A DNA stretch of 64,000 nucleotides. Origin: Macrostomum lignano. Taxonomy: Eukaryota. Of this stretch, positions 11,972 through 22,400 are shown piece after piece (within the stretch, counting starts at the first letter, position 1; each line of letters starts with the position of its first letter). The translations under genes were made by a program, and so were the position numbers. The notes beneath the pieces were generated by a model. It was not told the origin of the DNA, searched no databases, and saw nothing but the letters and a program-made list of their open reading frames with translations. The stretch lies in the NCBI GenBank assembly GCA_002269645.1, contig NIVC01001157.1:248001-312000 (forward strand). The letters run 5' to 3'.

Positions 11972-12605
11972 TCAAACAAAAGTTGGCTCATTTTTAATAG
12001 CCTTAAAAATACAAGTTAACACTAATTGTTTTGCAAATTCTTTAATTGTTGGTTTTTTAACAAATTTAGTTTTATTATCCATAGCAGCTAGGTATCTTTT
12101 ATTTGTCCAATGTTCCGACTTTTTAATTTGTTCCTCATTGCGATAATCAAAAGATGAAGCAGGAATAAAATGATCCACATGCAAAACACCAATATAATCT
12201 TTTGGCAAATAATAATGTTTGGTGAAATTTAACCAATCTTTAAAGAATTCAATTGGGCAACCAAGATAATAAATAGTATGGTTGTCTTTTTGACCATTAG
12301 TTGATTTTAATAGTTTATTTATTCTAGTTCGCGTGTTTACAATAAGTTTGAAATTTTCATCTTCACTATATCTTGTTTTTCTATATTGATTAACTTTTTC
12401 TTTATTGTTTTGTGCATATATTAACTTTCTCTATAATTTTTTCTTTATTTTCAGCATAATATCGAGGATAGCAAATATTCTTTTTGATAAAATTTCCCAC
12501 ATTCTTTGCAATTACCTTCATATCGATTCTGGGTTATTCTATATCTAAACTCAAGCAAAAAATTCTCTTCTTTACATCTACTACAGATCTTTTTAGTTTC
12601 CATTT
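11972..12605 (-). pseudogene. Zn-finger plus HNH endonuclease
   Basis: N-terminal KICSRCKEE...CKEC. C-terminal LHVDHFIP...HWTN...L..MDN..K (HNH signature). Frameshifted. Confidence 0.75.
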
Positions 12606-12627
12606 TATGAAAAAATAAATTTAACAT

Positions 12628-13305
12628 CTAAATAATTCCTGTATGTCCAGCAGCTTTGGCAGCGGCTAAAACAAGTTTTCGTGGAGTTTTAAATCCTTCG
12701 CCAACAGCTCGTTTGTTATTTATTGATTGATCAATCCTTTTATACAAACTAGTGTTTTTAACACCCCCTACTCCTAACTCATCATAAAAAAATTTAGCAC
12801 TTACTAATTCATCCACAGTATATAAATCAGGATTAAACTTTACTCTAGGGTTCATAATAATATTATATGCTTCACCCAATTCTCTATATAGCTCATTCCG
12901 ATTTTTATCAACCCCACCAATTCGATAATTATCATTATCTAAATCCGTCACGCTAATACTTTGTGGAGAAGCTCTCTGATATTGTTCCCTACCACCCAGT
13001 TCTGCAGCCCTAATCTCTGCAACTCTCAATTGTGCTTGATCAACATCATAAGCGGGCGGTTCATCCTCAATTACATCTTCCTCTTTTGGCTCCGTATTCT
13101 TAGCAATTTTTTCAAGAAGCTCTTTATCAGTTTTTGTTAATTCACTAATTTTCCCCGTAATAGGATTAACAAAAGGAGCAGCAAATCTTTCACCAGCTAA
13201 CTGTATTCCTAACTTTCTTTTTTGTAAATCCCTAACAAAATCAGAATATCTTTGTTTCTCTTTATAAATCGCTAATTCACCATCAACATCCATAAATTGA
13301 CTCAT
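12628..13305 (-). CDS. Hypothetical Polinton protein (225 aa)
   Basis: Long open AT-rich ORF divergent from the capsid gene. No motif recognised. Confidence 0.55.
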   Translation of the reverse strand: MSQFMDVDGELAIYKEKQRYSDFVRDLQKRKLGIQLAGERFAAPFVNPITGKISELTKTDKELLEKIAKNTEPKEEDVIEDEPPAYDVDQAQLRVAEIRAAELGGREQYQRASPQSISVTDLDNDNYRIGGVDKNRNELYRELGEAYNIIMNPRVKFNPDLYTVDELVSAKFFYDELGVGGVKNTSLYKRIDQSINNKRAVGEGFKTPRKLVLAAAKAAGHTGII

Positions 13306-13339
13306 TTTTTAACATAAAAAACTTTTTTAACTTAAAAAA

Positions 13340-13900
13340 ATGGCTGAAACAAAAAACAGATGGAGTGATAAGTATTATTTCAAAAAACCACGGCAATATA
13401 TCAATGAGGTCAGGGCAAAAGATTTAAATTATACCCTACCAACAAGCGATAATTCAAACAATTTTACTACCGGAACGGTAACTTTTGATGTTGGTGCAAC
13501 TAATACGATACTAATGCAACTAAACGCATTTTCCGTGTTAGATGCTTATATACACGAAATGACGGAACAGCTCTTGCGGCCGGCGATATAGCCGATCGTT
13601 CTGGTATTGTTATCGAGAAAGATTGGTTTTATAAATGTTTTTCCCAAGCGCAACTAAGAATTAACGGAGCTGAGGTTGAGACATCAACAAACCCCGCAGA
13701 GATTAATGGAGTTCTTAAACATTTAAATTATACTTATTTATCAAAACAGGTTGGTGATAATGTTGGATGGATGCCCGATAAGGGAGATGGTGGAGCAATA
13801 AATTTTCCTACCATAGCACCAGCAGCCGGCGCAGATACCGCTGCTCTTATTAATTACCTTAATACAAACATAGTTCCCGTTGTTGTTGAGCTGTTGAGCT
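13340..13900 (+). pseudogene. Major capsid protein (double jelly-roll), N-terminal part
   Basis: MAETKNRWSDKYYF...VTFDV...FSQAQLRINGAEVETSTNP...LKHLNY resembles Polinton MCP N-termini. Frameshifted and truncated where it meets the pPolB relic. Confidence 0.65.
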
Positions 13901-15142
13901 AATTTTTTGTACATTCAGCCGTATCTTGTTGTTTAGGACATTTGAGGGGTATGTTTGATGCTTCAAAATCAGCATATATTACAATTGGTTTTTTAATTGC
14001 CATAAAATGTTGTTGGAACTTTAATATTTGTTCTTTTTCATTGGGCATTACAACATTAGTAAATAATTAGGTTTTTAAGAGCACTTTCATTCTTTTTAAA
14101 TGTGAAACAATTTCTACATATTGGCATTCTATTTCCATTTGTTCTTAATAAGGAACAAATATCTTTTATGTATATATAATGTGTATTGTTTTCATGCTGT
14201 ATGTACAATAAATCGATTTGGTCTGGTGCTGTTATATCAGTTGCTGGCTTAATAAGAAAACATCTTTTTTTTATATCATTCTTTATCGTGTGCTTTAACC
14301 CAATCGTTTGGCTGTTCAATTGAAAATACATTAATATTTAACCCATTCATTTTTTCAATCTTATATATATCATCTATGGATACTGGGTAGGATATGTCTT
14401 TCATTATTATTTCATCCACATAATCTCTAATAATATATTTTATTTACATGCCATTTTACTTGTTTGTGATATTTTTGAATTAGTAAACACCATAATAAAC
14501 ACTTATCATCTTCATTGTTGGGATTTATGATCATGGGAGATGTAAATCCTGGATCCATATGTGATCGTCCTCGAAGAACTTCAATAGGAACAATCTTTAC
14601 TGTGGCTGAGTTATAAGAAACAAAAATGAAGCCTGATCCGTTTTCTGTCATCTTATCAATCCATTTATCAAACTCTGCTTCGATATTATCAAATTGTTTG
14701 GTATATGTTCCCATTGATAAAAGTGACTTATATGATTCTTGTGAAAAGGTATTTATTACTTCAATTTCTGAAATTGCATTTATCATATTTGGTTTTTTAA
14801 ATTCTGTTTCAATTTCAATTTTATACCTAACTGGCTGCCGTTTGTTATTTTGTCTCATAGTATATTCGTCTAATACGGTCTTTAATTTTTCTTTCATTTG
14901 TTTAAAATATTCTTTATAATCTGTATTCATATCAATATTAATATTTATTATTTCAGCACCATTCGCTGGTGGTGATGCTGTTTGTTCGATAATATCTAAT
15001 TGTGTTTGTAAATTGATTTCATTTTCTGCTCTAATTCTAGCTTCTATTTCCGCCCTATCGGCAATTCGTTGTGCTTTGATTTGAGCTATTAATTGAGCTC
15101 TAAGTTCTGGGTTGTCGATTTGAGCTAAAATATTTCCATTTT
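13900..15142 (-). pseudogene. N-terminal region of a second, AT-rich pPolB
   Basis: ENGSGFIF, LRGRS, IINPNNEDDKCLLWCLL, IDLLYI...HYIYIKD...ICRNCF, and ExoI VIYADFEAS immediately before truncation. Confidence 0.85.
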
Positions 15143-15194
15143 ATAGAATAAAATTTATACAATGTTTGAATTATTGGTTTTTTAATTTTATGTT

Positions 15195-16123
15195 TTGGGC
15201 ATCCTGACCCTCCCCACAGGAGCTTATTCGAGTTCCGCTTTTGGTAACAGTAAGCCACTACCCATAACGTTTGCATTTAAGAAGATTCCTGAACCTGCTT
15301 TTGGTCGCATTTCGAGATATAATCCGCTTCCGTCATGTTTTTTAATTATGTTAAAATCTTTTCCTAATTTATTAAAAATTTTCTGAACCGCAGGTCTAAA
15401 ATTAGCTCCGATATTGTCGAAAAATCCTTTAGCTTCTTCGCCGGTTTTTCCAAGGTTTGACCGAATTCATGAAATTTGTCTGCGACAACTCCGCTTCCGT
15501 GGGTCATTCCTTGCAAGATTAAACCCTCACCGTGAGTTGTTCCTTTTAAAATTAAACCTTTTCCGGCTGCTAACCTAGCTTCTGCATTTTTTTTGTTCTG
15601 GTGTTGCTGAACTACTATTAATTGTGTCTATAAGTTTTTGTTTGAATTGTGCGTCCTGCGTTATTTGCTGTCTTTGAAATTCTGCATCTCGTTTAGCTTT
15701 TTCATCCGCAGCTTTTTTGTCATTTACTGCTTTTGCAACTCCAGCCGCTCCACCAGCGACTCCTTCAGCCGCGGCAATTCCTCCAAAAATTATTGGGAGC
15801 AAAGTTGCAAGTGGAAGTATGCCCCCTTGTTTTTCTTTTAATTTTGCTCACTGTTTTCGGTTATCATGAATCCTTTTGCCTGCTAAACCGGCTGCTCCTG
15901 CTGCCCCAAGTCCTAAAAGGATTGGTAGAAAGGGTAGTAATCCACCATCCCTTTTTATGTGAGTCTCCATTAAAAATTTTACATCAGAATCTGTTAGCCT
16001 ATAGGTTTTACGGTTGTGCTTAAATGAAATGGGTCTTCCTTCTTGTGCATATTTTGCAGCGAGTTTAAAAGTATCAATATCATAATCCAATTTTTTACCT
16101 AAACGATCTAATCTTTTTAACAT
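15195..16123 (-). pseudogene. Cluster of small core-protein-like (pX/pVII-like) genes
   Basis: GGLLPFLPILLGLGAAGAAGLAG; LPIIFGGIAAAEGVAGGAAGVAKAVNDKKAA; repeated GSGLYL/GSGIFL/GSGLLL. All are typical of Polinton core proteins. Confidence 0.65.
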
Positions 16124-16345
16124 TGAGTGACTATGTTTGTTATCATCTAAATTTAAGGTGTCTACTATTTCTCCTATAAAATAAAGACGATACTACTAAG
16201 CAACGGTAGATCCGTCGATTTTGGAGGTGGGGTGGGTGTCAACCCTCCTCGCCTCTCATTGGCTGGCGCCCCGATCACTAGGTGATAGATACCCGTATCG
16301 ATATCGGCGCTCGGCGCGCGCGCGCCGCAGGCGCGTGGCGCCAAG

Positions 16346-17746
16346 CGCCGCAGGCGCACCTACCGATATGTACCGATATGTATGCTCACCCTACCGACAT
16401 GTACCCCGATATGTACACCCTCCCGAGCCGCAGGCGCACCCTCCTGAGCCGCAGACGCCCATGCCGCAGGCGCCCCGAGTGTACACTCTCCCGAGCCAAA
16501 GGTACACTCTCCCCAGTACACTCTCCCCAGTACACTCTCCCGATATGTACACTCTCCACAGTACACTCTCCCGATATGTATGCATACACAGATATGTAGT
16601 CAACGATATTAGGCTAGTGAAAACTACTTATAGTAGGTGAAATTGAGTATATTTACATAAAAATGTAGATAAAACATATTGGTAGGTGAATAATGACGCA
16701 TATTACATATTAAAATGTACATATTGGAGCATATGAGCAGCAAAAACACACAATGTAGGTGCATATTTGACAGAAATAGACAAAGCAGGTACTGTAAGCA
16801 CTACATAGGTGGTAATACACACAGTATAAAGTAGGTTTACAAAGTGTACTTTCGATACATATCGGATTAATGTATAAAGCGGGTTTACAAGGCATGCATA
16901 TATCAGAAGGTGTAGTTGTATAATACAGGCGCGCATGTATAATCAGATTATAGGCAAACGCCCAGGTGCAATTTCAACAGACGCGTAAATAATGTCACAC
17001 CGACTAAAGAGTAAATATTGTCTAACCCGCAGGTGCATAAATATTAAACAAAAGCGGTTCGGGGAAATCCCAAAAGGGAGGTTTTAGCCGCCCGTTTTCG
17101 CCGCCCTAACCCTCTTATGGGTACAATTGCGTTGAAAATATTTCAAGTCATTAGGTTGTAAGACCCTCCATATTTTAGGTGGGTGGACTCGAGCCCGGGG
17201 CCAGCCCATTACAGTTTTTTGGGCCGGCCCCTCTGCCAATTTCCTCCCTAGGTGCGAGCTATCAGAATTGGTCTTTTAACCCCCGTGTATACACACATAG
17301 AGGCCCCCCAGCTAGCGTCCCATTCTAACCTACCCAGTGTACAGTGTTGGGTTCCCCAAACCGCGTACAAAGAGAAATACCTTATCAGTCAATCTCCATA
17401 CGCTCCCTCAGGGCTGTCTCGTACGCGGCCTCTTCCTCCACGCTCTCGAAGCAGTAGTCGGATGACTGGCAATGTGGAAATTATAACAGTCAATGTAGAT
17501 AGAATATAGGCAAGGTATATGATTAGATGAGTTGTGTATACAGTGTAATATCTTACCAAACCTAAATCCTCCTCCAGCCGCCACAGGCGTAGAGACGCTG
17601 TATAGCGCACCAACGAAAGGTGCTCCTCCCAGTTGGTAGACCGGATAGCTACTGCAGGCTCATCCCACGCAGTCGGGCGCGCTCCCGGACCGGCCAGGTA
17701 CGCCTCCGAGTCGGGGGCATACGAATTACGCCCTATTAGCCAATCC
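16346..17746. repeat. Left arm of 4-kb inverted duplication
   Basis: Reverse complement of 18972-20381; identical ORFs appear on opposite strands (16703-16936 vs 19805-20038). Confidence 0.97.
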
Positions 17747-18321
17747 TGGTGTAGCGTCTCCGCCTCCAGCACCTCCCGCAGATCAGCCCCTCGGGCCACC
17801 AAAGTATCAAGAACCCGATTAAAGGCTCTGACAAAGGTGGCTTGGGAGGGCAGGCCGCCAGGGTGGCGAGACCTCAACCAGTCAATGTCCCCGCGGAAAA
17901 ATGAGGCCACAATGCGAGGAAAGCGCTCACGAACCACGGCGATCTCCTCAGACATATCCTCGTCCTCATCGTCGAAGAGAAGGAGCGTAGAGGCTGATGA
18001 TATTGAGGCCCGGTGGGAGGTAGTTGAAGCAGAGGCGGCAGCGGCAGAGACGGGCGCAGTAGAGACAGAGGCGGCAGCAGCAGCAGGGGCGCCGTTCACA
18101 ACCCCGCCGATAGCCAGCAGCGGGAGGTCAAAAACTTCAGAGTCGGTGTCGCTATCATAGGACATGGCCCAAGCTAGATATTGATCAGCCTCCCAATTAT
18201 CGGTTCCGTTGTTTTCAGTGCCTAGGGGAACTATGTGTTCAGGGATATCACCCTCGAGGCTGGTTAACTCTTCAGTCGGGCGATTATTATCCCAGAGGTT
18301 GGATAGAGCTCGGCGGGCCAT
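17389..18321 (-). CDS. Hypothetical 310-aa protein with acidic and Ala/Ser-rich N-terminal half
   Basis: Open ORF downstream of CCAAT/TATA elements (18330-18430). Its start (MARRALSNLWDN) is conserved at 23053 (MSRRALFNLWDN). Confidence 0.7.
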   Translation of the reverse strand: MARRALSNLWDNNRPTEELTSLEGDIPEHIVPLGTENNGTDNWEADQYLAWAMSYDSDTDSEVFDLPLLAIGGVVNGAPAAAAASVSTAPVSAAAASASTTSHRASISSASTLLLFDDEDEDMSEEIAVVRERFPRIVASFFRGDIDWLRSRHPGGLPSQATFVRAFNRVLDTLVARGADLREVLEAETLHQDWLIGRNSYAPDSEAYLAGPGARPTAWDEPAVAIRSTNWEEHLSLVRYTASLRLWRLEEDLGLVRYYTVYTTHLIIYLAYILSTLTVIISTLPVIRLLLRERGGRGRVRDSPEGAYGD

Positions 18322-18432
18322 GTTGGAATCAACAGAGAGTAAAGTATTAGAGCTAGGATAGGTTCGACTCTCCAGAGAGGAAACACTAATTATATAGACG
18401 GATCGAGTGAGGCGGTGCGAACCAATAGGAAA

Positions 18433-18966
18433 CTAGCAGTCCCAACCCTCGTTATACAGATTTTCCCAGGGCGGAGATTGGTAGGGTTTGAGACCCACAA
18501 GCTGAAGAACATCCTCCTCAGTCCTGGCTACCGGAGGCGTGTCTGTCTTGACTCGCTTGGCTGGAGGGGGTGCCTCAGGTACCGGCTTGAAGAGCTTGTC
18601 CAAACGGGCGGCAAACATCCTGCGCCACAGTTCAGGCGTGAATTCGATCGTGTAGCGCCAATTAAACTTTGGGTCCTGATTGAGCCAATTGCGCAGCAAA
18701 CGGATCCTCCCTCGCGAAGCTTCAACTGCCTTGAAATTGCCCAACAGGACCCGCTTGTTCACGTGAAGGCGGGCAGCAGCCTCCAGGTCAGGGCGCGCAG
18801 CTTCGAGCTTCTTCCACTCTGGCTCGCTCAAGTAGATTGCAGGGAAGCCGTCCTTCCACACTCCGGCCTCGTTGGTGTAGAGACGCCGAATTTCAATCAA
18901 GTTGTGTTCAGTTTCAAATGTGGGCTTCCGCGCCACAAAGTTTTCGTATAGAGAGATAGAAGACAT
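18433..18966 (-). CDS. PC4-like ssDNA-binding protein (probably tandem domains), copy 1
   Basis: LIEIRRLYTNEAGVWKDGFPAIYLSEPEWKKL follows the PC4 pattern (IDIREYW...G..KPG..GISL...QW..L). A second degenerate unit ends IEFTPELWRRM. A conserved paralogue is at 22401-22946. Confidence 0.7.
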   Translation of the reverse strand: MSSISLYENFVARKPTFETEHNLIEIRRLYTNEAGVWKDGFPAIYLSEPEWKKLEAARPDLEAAARLHVNKRVLLGNFKAVEASRGRIRLLRNWLNQDPKFNWRYTIEFTPELWRRMFAARLDKLFKPVPEAPPPAKRVKTDTPPVARTEEDVLQLVGLKPYQSPPWENLYNEGWDC

Positions 18967-18971
18967 GATTT

Positions 18972-20381
18972 GGATTGGCTAATAGGGCGTAATTCGTATG
19001 CCCCCGACTCGGAGGCGTACCTGGCCGGTCCGGGAGCGCGCCCGACTGCGTGGGATGAGCCTGCAGTCTGCTATCCGGTCCGGATAGCTACTGCTATCCG
19101 GTCTACCAACTGGGAGGAGCACCTTTCGTTGGTGCGCTATACAGCGTCTCTACGCCTGTGGCGGCTGGAGGAGGATTTAGGTTTGGTTAGATATTACACT
19201 GTATACACAACTCATCTAATCATATACCTTGCCTATATTCTATCTACATTGACTGTTATAATTTCCACATTGCCAGTCATCCGACTACTGCTTCGAGAGC
19301 GTGGAGGAAGAGGCCGCGTACGAGACAGCCCTGAGGGAGCGTATGGAGATTGACTGATAAGGTATTTCTCTTTGTACGCGGTTTGGGGAACCCAACACTG
19401 TACACTGGGTAGGTTAGAATGGGACGCTAGCTGGGGGCCTCTATGTGTGTATACACGGGGGTTAAAAGACCAATTCTGATAGCTCGCACCTAGGGAGGAA
19501 ATTGGCAGAGGGGCCGGCCCAAAAAACTGTAATGGGCTGGCCCCGGGCTCGAGTCCACCCACCTAAAATATGGAGGGTCTTACAACCTAATGACTTGAAA
19601 TATTTTCAACGCAATTGTACCCATAAGAGGGTTAGGGCGGCGAAAACGGGCGGCTAAAACCTCCCTTTTGGGATTTCCCCGAACCGCTTTTGTTTAATAT
19701 TTATGCACCTGCGGGTTAGACAATATTTACTCTTTAGTCGGTGTGACATTATTTACGCGTCTGTTGAAATTGCACCTGGGCGTTTGCCTATAATCTGATT
19801 ATACATGCGCGCCTGTATTATACAACTACACCTTCTGATATATGCATGCCTTGTAAACCCGCTTTATACATTAATCCGATATGTATCGAAAGTACACTTT
19901 GTAAACCTACTTTATACTGTGTGTATTACCACCTATGTAGTGCTTACAGTACCTGCTTTGTCTATTTCTGTCAAATATGCACCTACATTGTGTGTTTTTG
20001 CTGCTCATATGCTCCAATATGTACATTTTAATATGTAATATGCGTCATTATTCACCTACCAATATGTTTTATCTACATTTTTATGTAAATATACTCAATT
20101 TCACCTACTATAAGTAGTTTTCACTAGCCTAATATCGTTGACTACATATCTGTGTATGCATACATATCGGGAGAGTGTACTGTGGAGAGTGTACATATCG
20201 GGAGAGTGTACTGGGGAGAGTGTACCTTTGGCTCGGGAGAGTGTACACTCAGGGCGCCTGCGGCATGGGCGTCTGCGGCTCAGGAGGGTGCGCCTGCGGC
20301 TCGGGAGGGTGTACATATCGGGGTACATGTCGGTAGGGTGAGCATACATATCGGTACATATCGGTAGGTGCGCCTGCGGCG
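18972..20381. repeat. Right arm of 4-kb inverted duplication (carries the 3' half of the 310-aa ORF)
   Basis: See left arm. The arms differ only by rare SNPs and small indels. Confidence 0.97.
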
Positions 20382-20528
20382 TATGTGATGTGAGCTGGGT
20401 TAATTTTTTTTTCGCTTCGTGATAAAATTGAGTTCTTCTTATATGCATTTATATAACATTTAGCTGCGTGGGTGGGGTGATGAATGTCCACATTCCATTT
20501 AGCTGCGTGGGTGGGGTGATGAATGCCC

Positions 20529-20595
20529 ACATTCCATTAAGGCCAGATTTTTGAAAACGAAAACGAAAACGAAAAATCTGGCCTTAATGGAATGT
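20529..20595. other. Perfect 24-bp stem-loop with a (GAAAAC)n loop
   Basis: ACATTCCATTAAGGCCAGATTTTT-GAAAACGAAAACGAAAACG-AAAAATCTGGCCTTAATGGAATGT. Confidence 0.9.
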
Positions 20596-20649
20596 TGAGT
20601 GCGTGGGTGAGCTGGCTAAAAATAGCTTCTATTCTTTCTCTACCATTCT

Positions 20650-21005
20650 AGACCCTTTGCGCCTGCGGCGCTGGCGACGGTTAGAGAGTGTTAGTGTGTG
20701 TTTGGATGTAGTAGTATGTAAAAGTACGCTTCTAGATCAGATCCTATTGAAACAATGGATTTGAAGGGCTAGAGGGGGGACATGGGGGTTTGATTTCTGA
20801 TGTGAGGATTTGATTGGGTGTGTTAATAGTGTTTTTGATTAAATGGGGTTATTGGGGGTATTGGGGGTGTTTAATTGTGTTTAATTGTGCTGTTTAGTGT
20901 TTACATGTGTTTTTTTTATTCCCCCCCGTGTCCCCCTCTCTAGCCCTTCAAATGTGCTGTTTAATAGGTGCCTCTGGGTCTGGAAGCGTACTTTTACATA
21001 CTACT
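20650..21005 (-). repeat. Right TIR of the inner Polinton
   Basis: Reverse complement of 9510-9864; ends ACTACT followed by the TSD CACCAC. Confidence 0.95.
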
Positions 21006-22170
21006 CACCACATATTCAACGCCCTTTGCCCTAAACTTAGGCAGGTCGCGTTGATTATACAGCCGGGCCGTAAAACCTGCAGAGAATGAATGGGGGTGTG
21101 AGTCAGCCTGGGTCTGTCTGGGGAATGGGGGCTAGATAACTCACCCGGTCCGGTAACAGATTCCGGCTGTGTTGGCGGGACAAACGCGTCTGAAAAAAAC
21201 ACAAGGAGATAAAAACCAGAAGAATCTGTCATTTTCCTGGCCCCAGCGTGTTCGGACAAAGAGGCACCCCTCCCAACTCTATCCCAGCAAGTTCCTATCA
21301 GCCCTGGCACCCCTCTGTCGCAGCACCCTAACAGCAGCAATTCACCAACTCTATCCTGCAACTATTTCTTATCAGAGTCTTTGTTTACTCTTCTGCACCC
21401 CTCCAATTCTCACAGACCCTGCAGCTGTTGCTGCTAACCCTGCTGAAACGTGTCAAGCCCTCCCCAGCAACTGTGTCTGTTTTTGCTACAGACCCCGCTA
21501 ATTTCTTATCAGTACCCCAACCGCAGCACACCCCCCGCCTGTCTGGACACGCGCAGCACCCTATCTGCAGCCCCAGTCTTCGTTTACGCTGTCCCTGCCA
21601 GCCCGTGTAGCTATCACAGCACCGCTAAATCTACCTAGCACGTGTCTGCAATTTTTTAACCCTAACGATTATCTGTTACAGACCCTGCCTATTTCTTATC
21701 AGCAACGTACCCTCCTGCCTAGCAACTCCAGTCTAGACCCCTGCAGCTTTCGCAGCAGCCCCAGTCTTTGTTTACTCTGCTGCACCCCTCCAATTCCCTG
21801 CAGCAGTTAACCCTAGCAACTCTCTGTCACCGCACCCCAACGATTATCTGTTACAGACCCTGCCAATTTCTTATCAGCACCCCAGCTGCAGCCTGTCTGG
21901 GCAGCTCCGTACACGCACCCTATCTGCAGCCCCAGTCTTTGTTTACACGCGCAGCTCACCGTGCTGAAACTTGTCTAGACAGCGCTAAACCCTTGCAGCT
22001 GTCGCAGCAGCTCACCCCACTGCTAATTCTTATCGGTACCCTGCCGCAGCACCCTAGCAACTCTAGTCTAGACTGATAAACAACTGGCCAGAAATTAATT
22101 AAAACCTACCATAAAGACGCTGCCTCTTATCAGCCAGGAAAGCAGTTGGTGCTGCGCTGCGTTTAGCCAT
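21006..22170 (-). pseudogene. 5' exons of the outer pPolB gene (exon 1 22170-22110, exon 2 21189-21145, exon 3 from 21076)
   Basis: GTAGGT...TTTCAG and GTGAGT...CTGAC...CTGCAG introns, both phase 1, splice to MAKRSAAPTAFLADKRQRLY-D-AFVPPTQPESVTGP-G-FTARLYNQRDLPKFRAKGVEYVV. Confidence 0.75.
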
Positions 22171-22400
22171 TTTAAAAACAGAGAGCGGAGAGAGAAGGAT
22201 TATCTCTCTACCCCGGTTCTGGGGGTCTGTATATATACTAAAAATCTGCTCAGCTCGACTGTTATTGGTCAAATCACCAAAAACCAACCAAAATCATCAG
22301 AAATCGTCCCCAAAATCACCCCCACCCCACCCTCCATCCGGGGGTATATAAGGCGCTGCACGGCTGTCAGAGAGCTCTGTGCTGCTGCTACTGCTAAATC
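22171..22400. promoter_or_regulatory. Putative bidirectional promoter between pPolB and the PC4-like gene
   Basis: TATATATA at ~22230, ATTGG at ~22265 and TATATAAG at ~22346, lying between two divergent ATGs. Confidence 0.55.

Larger units (their letters stand above)
9510..21005. mobile_element. Non-autonomous Polinton/Maverick element nested in the outer pPolB gene
   Basis: Starts AGTAGT (9510) and ends ACTACT (21005). Perfect 6-bp direct repeat CACCAC at 9504-9509 and 21006-21011. Removing the element restores LPKFRAKGVEYVV-HISNTEDLWEVF. Internal integrase, capsid and pPolB relics. Confidence 0.95.

Noticed and set aside
16174-16936. Many overlapping short ORFs (also 19805-20530)
   Set aside because: They are products of low-complexity GTACACTCTCC/CCGATAT subterminal repeats with no coding signature.
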